A DNA stretch of 64,000 bases. It comes from Dehalococcoidia bacterium. Lineage in GTDB: Bacteria; Chloroflexota; Dehalococcoidia; Bin125. Both the position numbers and the translations under genes were made by a program. Where the stretch lies: the NCBI GenBank assembly GCA_963663895.2, contig CAXXRD010000005.1, positions 1-64,000 on the forward strand. Direction: 5' to 3'. Each line of letters opens with the position of its first letter. Positions within the stretch are counted from its first letter, which is position 1. The notes beneath the pieces were generated by a model, which worked only from the letters and a program-made list of their open reading frames with translations, was not told the origin of the DNA and did no database searches. Below are positions 59,821-64,000 of the stretch, one piece after another.

Positions 59821-61593
59821 GTGAGCGGGGATAGTTCGGGTGCTGCCATCCGCTGGCTGACCCTGTTCCTACCCGCTCGGCGTTCGGCGCGCTGGCTCGG
59901 CGCGGTGGCCATGCTCGTGGGTCTGGCTGCCCACGCTTCTCTCGCTCCGCCCTCGATCACCGCCGACACGTACGAGGTCCAGCCTGGTGACAGCGCTTCG
60001 GCGATCGCCGAGCGTCTCGGAGTGCCGACTCACCTACTCCTCGCTCTGAATCCCCAGATCGAATCTCCCAACTTGCTGTTCGCGGGCCAGATCCTTACCG
60101 TCCCGGACGGATATGGGTTGCCCGAGGGATCCACTCTGCCCGCCGCTGCCCAACTGGTGCATACGGTGCAGGAGGGGGACACGCTCAGCCTGATCGCGGA
60201 TCGCTACGGCGTCTCGACGATCGATCTGCTGTTGCTCAACCCTGGGTTGGATCCGGACCTGATCGCCATCGATGCCCAGATCGTCGTGCTCTCCGAGGGC
60301 GGCGCCCCTGTGGTTTCAGGTCCGGCTCCGCCGCTCGCCGTCGATTCCGATCCGGCGGTCGTCTCCTACCGCGTACAGCCCGGCGATACCTACAGTGCGA
60401 TCGCGGCGCGGTTCGGCCTCAGCCAAGCAGAGCTGTTCGCGCTCAACCCCACCATGCCGCTTACCGACGTTCTCTTTGTGGGCGACTCGCTCTTGGTGCC
60501 TGCGGCCGCCGCACCGGAGCCTCCTGCAGGCGACCCGCTGCAGGCGCCGCGCACCATCTACGTCGTACAGCCCGGCGACACGGCGCTCGCGCTGGCGGAG
60601 CTGTACGGCGTGACCTTGGCGGAGCTGCGCATTCTCAATCCGGGCCTCAACCCCGATCTACTCAGCATCGGCCAAGCCCTCGTCCTTCCGGACACCGCAC
60701 CACACGCTGCTGTTGTCGGAGCGGACATGGGAACGCTCACGATTTACACAATCCAGGCGGGCGACACGCTGAGTGAGATCGCGGACCGCGGAGGGTTTTC
60801 CATCGACTCGCTGCTGGCGATCAATCCCGGCGTCAACCCGGACTTGATCACCCCCGGCGCCACGCTCTTCCTGCCCATCTCCCCGCCCCCTCCGATCAGC
60901 TATTCGACATTTGTCGTCGAGGCCAGTGATTTCCCCGAGTACGTCGCGGCGGATATCGGAATCCTGCCGGAGACACTCTTTGCGAACAATCCCGGACTCG
61001 ACCCGAGCGGGATCATCGTTGCCGGAACAGAGCTGACCGTTCCCGATGTCGAGGGCGTCATCGTCACGGTGCAGCCGGGGGACACGCTCGCTGCGATTGC
61101 GGCCATCCAGGGCTCTACGGTTGATGCGATCTTGGCGGATCCGCGCAATGTTGGGCTCAGCGCCACCGCATTGGTCGTCGGCCAGCAGATCGTCGTCCCG
61201 GTTGCGACGCCGTTTTTCGTTTGGCCGACGAACGGCGAGATCAGTGACTACTTCGGTATCTGCCGCTGGGAGTGCGCGAGCCGCCACAATGGCTTAGACA
61301 TCGCCACCACTGCGGGCTCTGATATCCGTGCGATCGCGGGGGGCATTGTCACATTCTCGGGCGGGTCGGTTTGTTGCGGACTCGGACTCTACGTGGAGAT
61401 CGATCACGGTAATGGCTGGGTCAGCCGCTATGCCCATCTCGCGTATCTTGGCACCGTCGTCGCGGGACAGTTCGTCGCCCAGGGCGAGGTGATTGGCGCG
61501 ATTGGTTGTACGGGTCTCTGCACCGGGCCCCACTTGCACCTGGAGATCGCGCACAACGGCTGGCTCCTGGACCCGTTGAACTACCTGTCCTGA
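59821..61593 (+). CDS. Multi-LysM (about 7) M23 peptidase
   Basis: Repeated YxVQxGD...NP...GxxLxxP units; C-terminal HNGLD, YAHL and GPHLHLE. Start uncertain (59821 or 59911). Confidence 0.88.
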   Translation: MSGDSSGAAIRWLTLFLPARRSARWLGAVAMLVGLAAHASLAPPSITADTYEVQPGDSASAIAERLGVPTHLLLALNPQIESPNLLFAGQILTVPDGYGLPEGSTLPAAAQLVHTVQEGDTLSLIADRYGVSTIDLLLLNPGLDPDLIAIDAQIVVLSEGGAPVVSGPAPPLAVDSDPAVVSYRVQPGDTYSAIAARFGLSQAELFALNPTMPLTDVLFVGDSLLVPAAAAPEPPAGDPLQAPRTIYVVQPGDTALALAELYGVTLAELRILNPGLNPDLLSIGQALVLPDTAPHAAVVGADMGTLTIYTIQAGDTLSEIADRGGFSIDSLLAINPGVNPDLITPGATLFLPISPPPPISYSTFVVEASDFPEYVAADIGILPETLFANNPGLDPSGIIVAGTELTVPDVEGVIVTVQPGDTLAAIAAIQGSTVDAILADPRNVGLSATALVVGQQIVVPVATPFFVWPTNGEISDYFGICRWECASRHNGLDIATTAGSDIRAIAGGIVTFSGGSVCCGLGLYVEIDHGNGWVSRYAHLAYLGTVVAGQFVAQGEVIGAIGCTGLCTGPHLHLEIAHNGWLLDPLNYLS

Positions 61594-61602
61594 GAGACGG
61601 CG

Positions 61603-63324
61603 CTAGAAGCCTCGGTAGCGATTGGCGATCGGGAAACGGCGCTCCTTGCCGAAGGCCCGCGGGGTGATCTTGATCCCCGGCGCAGCCTGTCGCCGTTTGT
61701 ACTCCGCCGCCGTCACGAGTGACATCACCCGCCGGACCTCCTCCTCCGCGTGGCCGTCCGCCACGATCTCCTCCAAGCTCCGATCTTCCTCCACGAACGC
61801 TTCAATAATGGGGTCGAGCCGCGCGTATGGCAGCAGGCCCTCTTCATCGAGCTGTCCGGGTCGGAGTTCCGCGCTGGGGGGTTTCTCCAAAACCGAGCGG
61901 GGGATCAAGGCACGTCCCGCCTGCTCGTTCAGGTACCGGCTCAGCCGCTGCACCAACAGCTTGGGTACGTCTTGGAGTACCGCCAATCCGCCTGTCATAT
62001 CGCCGTACAGCGTGGTATATCCCGTTGCCGTTTCGCTCTTGTTGCTCGTGCTTAGGGGGAGCCAGCCGAACTTATTGCTCAGGGCCATCACCAACGTTCC
62101 GCGGATACGCGCCTGCAGGTTCTCCTCGGTAACGTCTGGCTCCGTGCCGTCGAATGACTTGTGCAGCGCGTCCAGCATGGCCTGGAAGGGTCCTTCTATG
62201 GGGATGGAGAGCAACCGGATTCCGAGGTTCTCCGCCAGCGCGCTGGCGTCTTGCACGCTGCCCTCCGACGAATACCGCGACGGCATTGACACGCCGACGA
62301 CGTTCTCCGCTCCCAGGGCGTCCACCGCGACTACGGCCGTGAGGCTCGAGTCGATGCCGCCGGATAGCGCGACCACCGCTTTCTCAAAGCCGGTCTTATG
62401 CAGGTAGTCGCGCGTGCCGAGGACGAGCGCCGCGTAGATCTCCGCCTCTTCGCGCGGGCGCTGCGATAACACGGGCGCAGGGAGCGGATCCCGAGGCGCG
62501 GTTGGGCTCGAAACTCGCACTGCGCGTGAGCCGGGCGCGCCGAGGCGCCGGAGACGCGGATCGTGGAGTCGTACCTGTAACACCGCGTCCGGGTCGAGGT
62601 CGACCGCCAGCATAGCTTCCTCAAACAGTGGTGCCGCCGCGATCAACTCGCCTTGCGCGTTGTAAATCATGCTGCCGCCGTCGAAGACGAGCGCATCCTG
62701 TCCACCGACGAGGTTGAGATAGCAGAGGGTCACCGCGTTGTCGGATGCGCGCGTCGCCAGCATCTGCTCGCGTTCGGCGCGCTTCCCGGCATGGAAAGGC
62801 GAGCCGTTGATGTTGACGATCACCTCGGCGCCGGCCAGCGCTTGTTCGCGCACCGGGCCCGACGAGTACCAGATGTCCTCGCAAATGCTCAAGCCGACCC
62901 GCGTCCCTGCGATCTCGAATACCGGCGCCTCTTCGCCTGCGCGGAAACAGCGGCTCTCGTCGAAGACGCCGTAGGTGGGAAGGAACTGTTTGTGGTAGAC
63001 GCCCTTCCGCTGGCCGTCGTGGAGGACGGCGGCGGCGTTGTAGGTATCGACGCCGAGGTCGATGAACCCGACGATGGCCGTGACGTGCCGTCCCGCCGTT
63101 GCCTCCTGCACGCGTTCGAGTGCTGCGAGGTTGTCGCGCACGAAGCGCCGCCGTAGCGCTAAGTCCTCGGGCGGGTAGCCCGTGATCGCGAGTTCCGGGA
63201 AGGCGACGAGATCCGCTCCCTGGGCTTCCGCAGCCGCGATCTGCGCCGTGATCGCGCGCACGTTGCCGTCGAAGTCCCCGACCGTGCAGTTAATCTGCGC
63301 TAGCGCGACTCGGAAACGACGCAT
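61603..63324 (-). CDS. nadE: Glutamine-dependent NAD+ synthetase
   Basis: Nitrilase domain (FPEL, K, ICEDIW) plus SGGIDS, ENLQARIRG, NKSE, PSAEL and EYKRRQ. Confidence 0.96.
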   Translation of the reverse strand: MRRFRVALAQINCTVGDFDGNVRAITAQIAAAEAQGADLVAFPELAITGYPPEDLALRRRFVRDNLAALERVQEATAGRHVTAIVGFIDLGVDTYNAAAVLHDGQRKGVYHKQFLPTYGVFDESRCFRAGEEAPVFEIAGTRVGLSICEDIWYSSGPVREQALAGAEVIVNINGSPFHAGKRAEREQMLATRASDNAVTLCYLNLVGGQDALVFDGGSMIYNAQGELIAAAPLFEEAMLAVDLDPDAVLQVRLHDPRLRRLGAPGSRAVRVSSPTAPRDPLPAPVLSQRPREEAEIYAALVLGTRDYLHKTGFEKAVVALSGGIDSSLTAVVAVDALGAENVVGVSMPSRYSSEGSVQDASALAENLGIRLLSIPIEGPFQAMLDALHKSFDGTEPDVTEENLQARIRGTLVMALSNKFGWLPLSTSNKSETATGYTTLYGDMTGGLAVLQDVPKLLVQRLSRYLNEQAGRALIPRSVLEKPPSAELRPGQLDEEGLLPYARLDPIIEAFVEEDRSLEEIVADGHAEEEVRRVMSLVTAAEYKRRQAAPGIKITPRAFGKERRFPIANRYRGF

Positions 63325-63358
63325 CGCACCTCACCGTTCCCGCTGGGACTCGCTGCGG

Positions 63359-63383
63359 AGTTAGTGTCATCCATACACTAACT
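63359..63383. promoter_or_regulatory. Perfect palindrome, candidate NrtR operator upstream of nadE
   Basis: AGTTAGTGT-CATCCAT-ACACTAACT, with a GT-N7-AC core, 35 bp upstream of the nadE start. Confidence 0.7.
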
Positions 63384-63458
63384 GTCTTCAACTCTACGTG
63401 TGGGCCGGTGGGGCGGTCAATCAACGGGACCGATACACTCGACGCGTTTGATGGCTAG

Positions 63459-64000
63459 GTGAATGTGTTGCTGAGTACCGTGCAAGAAGCAAACGCCTTC
63501 CCGCAAGAGTCTGTGGTCGCTCTGGAGCGAGCCTGCTTCCGCTACGCAGGCGGTTACGGTGTCCGAGAGATCACCCTCGATCTCCCAACCGGCGCCATCC
63601 TTGGGTTACTCGGTCCGAACGGAGCTGGTAAAAGCACCATCCTGAGCCTCGCTGCTGGCTTTCGCGCGCCCCAGGAGGGTGCCGTACGCGTTCTGGGTGC
63701 TTCCCTCGCCGAGCAGGGCGGCGATCGCCTGCGCGCTCGTGTTGGTGTGCTGTTTCAGGACACGAGTCTCGACCCGCTGATGTCCGTCCGCGAGACGCTG
63801 TGGCTGCATGGGCGCCTCTTTGGCTTAGCCACTGGTGATCTTCACGCGCGCATCGATGAGCTGCTCGTTCTCATTGGGTTAAGCGACCGAAGCTCCGACG
63901 CCGTCGGGGCGCTCTCCGGCGGCATGCAGCGCCGGCTGGAGCTTGCGCGGGCGATCCTGCATTGGCCCGATCTCCTCTTGCTCGACGAGCCGACGCTGGC
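63459..64000 (+). CDS. ABC transporter ATP-binding protein (DrrA-like exporter), truncated by the window end
   Basis: GLLGPNGAGKST, VGVLFQ, LSGGMQRRLELARA and LLLDEPT. Not in the ORF track because there is no stop inside the window. Confidence 0.88.
   Translation, partial: MNVLLSTVQEANAFPQESVVALERACFRYAGGYGVREITLDLPTGAILGLLGPNGAGKSTILSLAAGFRAPQEGAVRVLGASLAEQGGDRLRARVGVLFQDTSLDPLMSVRETLWLHGRLFGLATGDLHARIDELLVLIGLSDRSSDAVGALSGGMQRRLELARAILHWPDLLLLDEPTL

Overview
This is high-GC bacterial chromosomal DNA. A Chloroflexota (Dehalococcoidia-like) origin is inferred from the unlinked 23S gene, the tandem SDR and CoA-transferase paralogs, the LLM oxidoreductase and the PAC2 and LysM proteins. Most of the window is housekeeping and metabolic genes: a Liv-type ABC transporter, gltX-rluD-lspA, Trk/Ktr potassium uptake, ferritin, peroxiredoxin, AOR, four SDRs, an Fe3+ ABC transporter, an ECF sigma/anti-sigma pair, LysM/M23 proteins and nadE. 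It also holds five tRNAs and a solitary 23S rRNA with no adjacent 16S or 5S. Highlights: (1) a ferredoxin-thioredoxin reductase catalytic subunit whose last active-site Cys (CHC motif) is an in-frame TGA followed by a SECIS-like hairpin, a probable selenoprotein that the ORF track splits; (2) a 4.4 kb integrase-less island between tRNA-Gln and a duplicated tRNA-Gln 3' end, carrying two PD-(D/E)XK-type nucleases and a translationally coupled CX5R phosphatase / ADP-ribosylglycohydrolase / unknown operon, a candidate conflict or defence module; (3) a decayed duplication around ferritin that left trkH, peroxiredoxin and ferritin fragments; (4) an EamA transporter with a triplicated helix; (5) candidate NrtR and iron-repressor operators. 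Several single-base frameshifts, in the first 2.5 kb and in AOR, look like assembly indels. All calls come from reading motifs by eye; no database searches were run.
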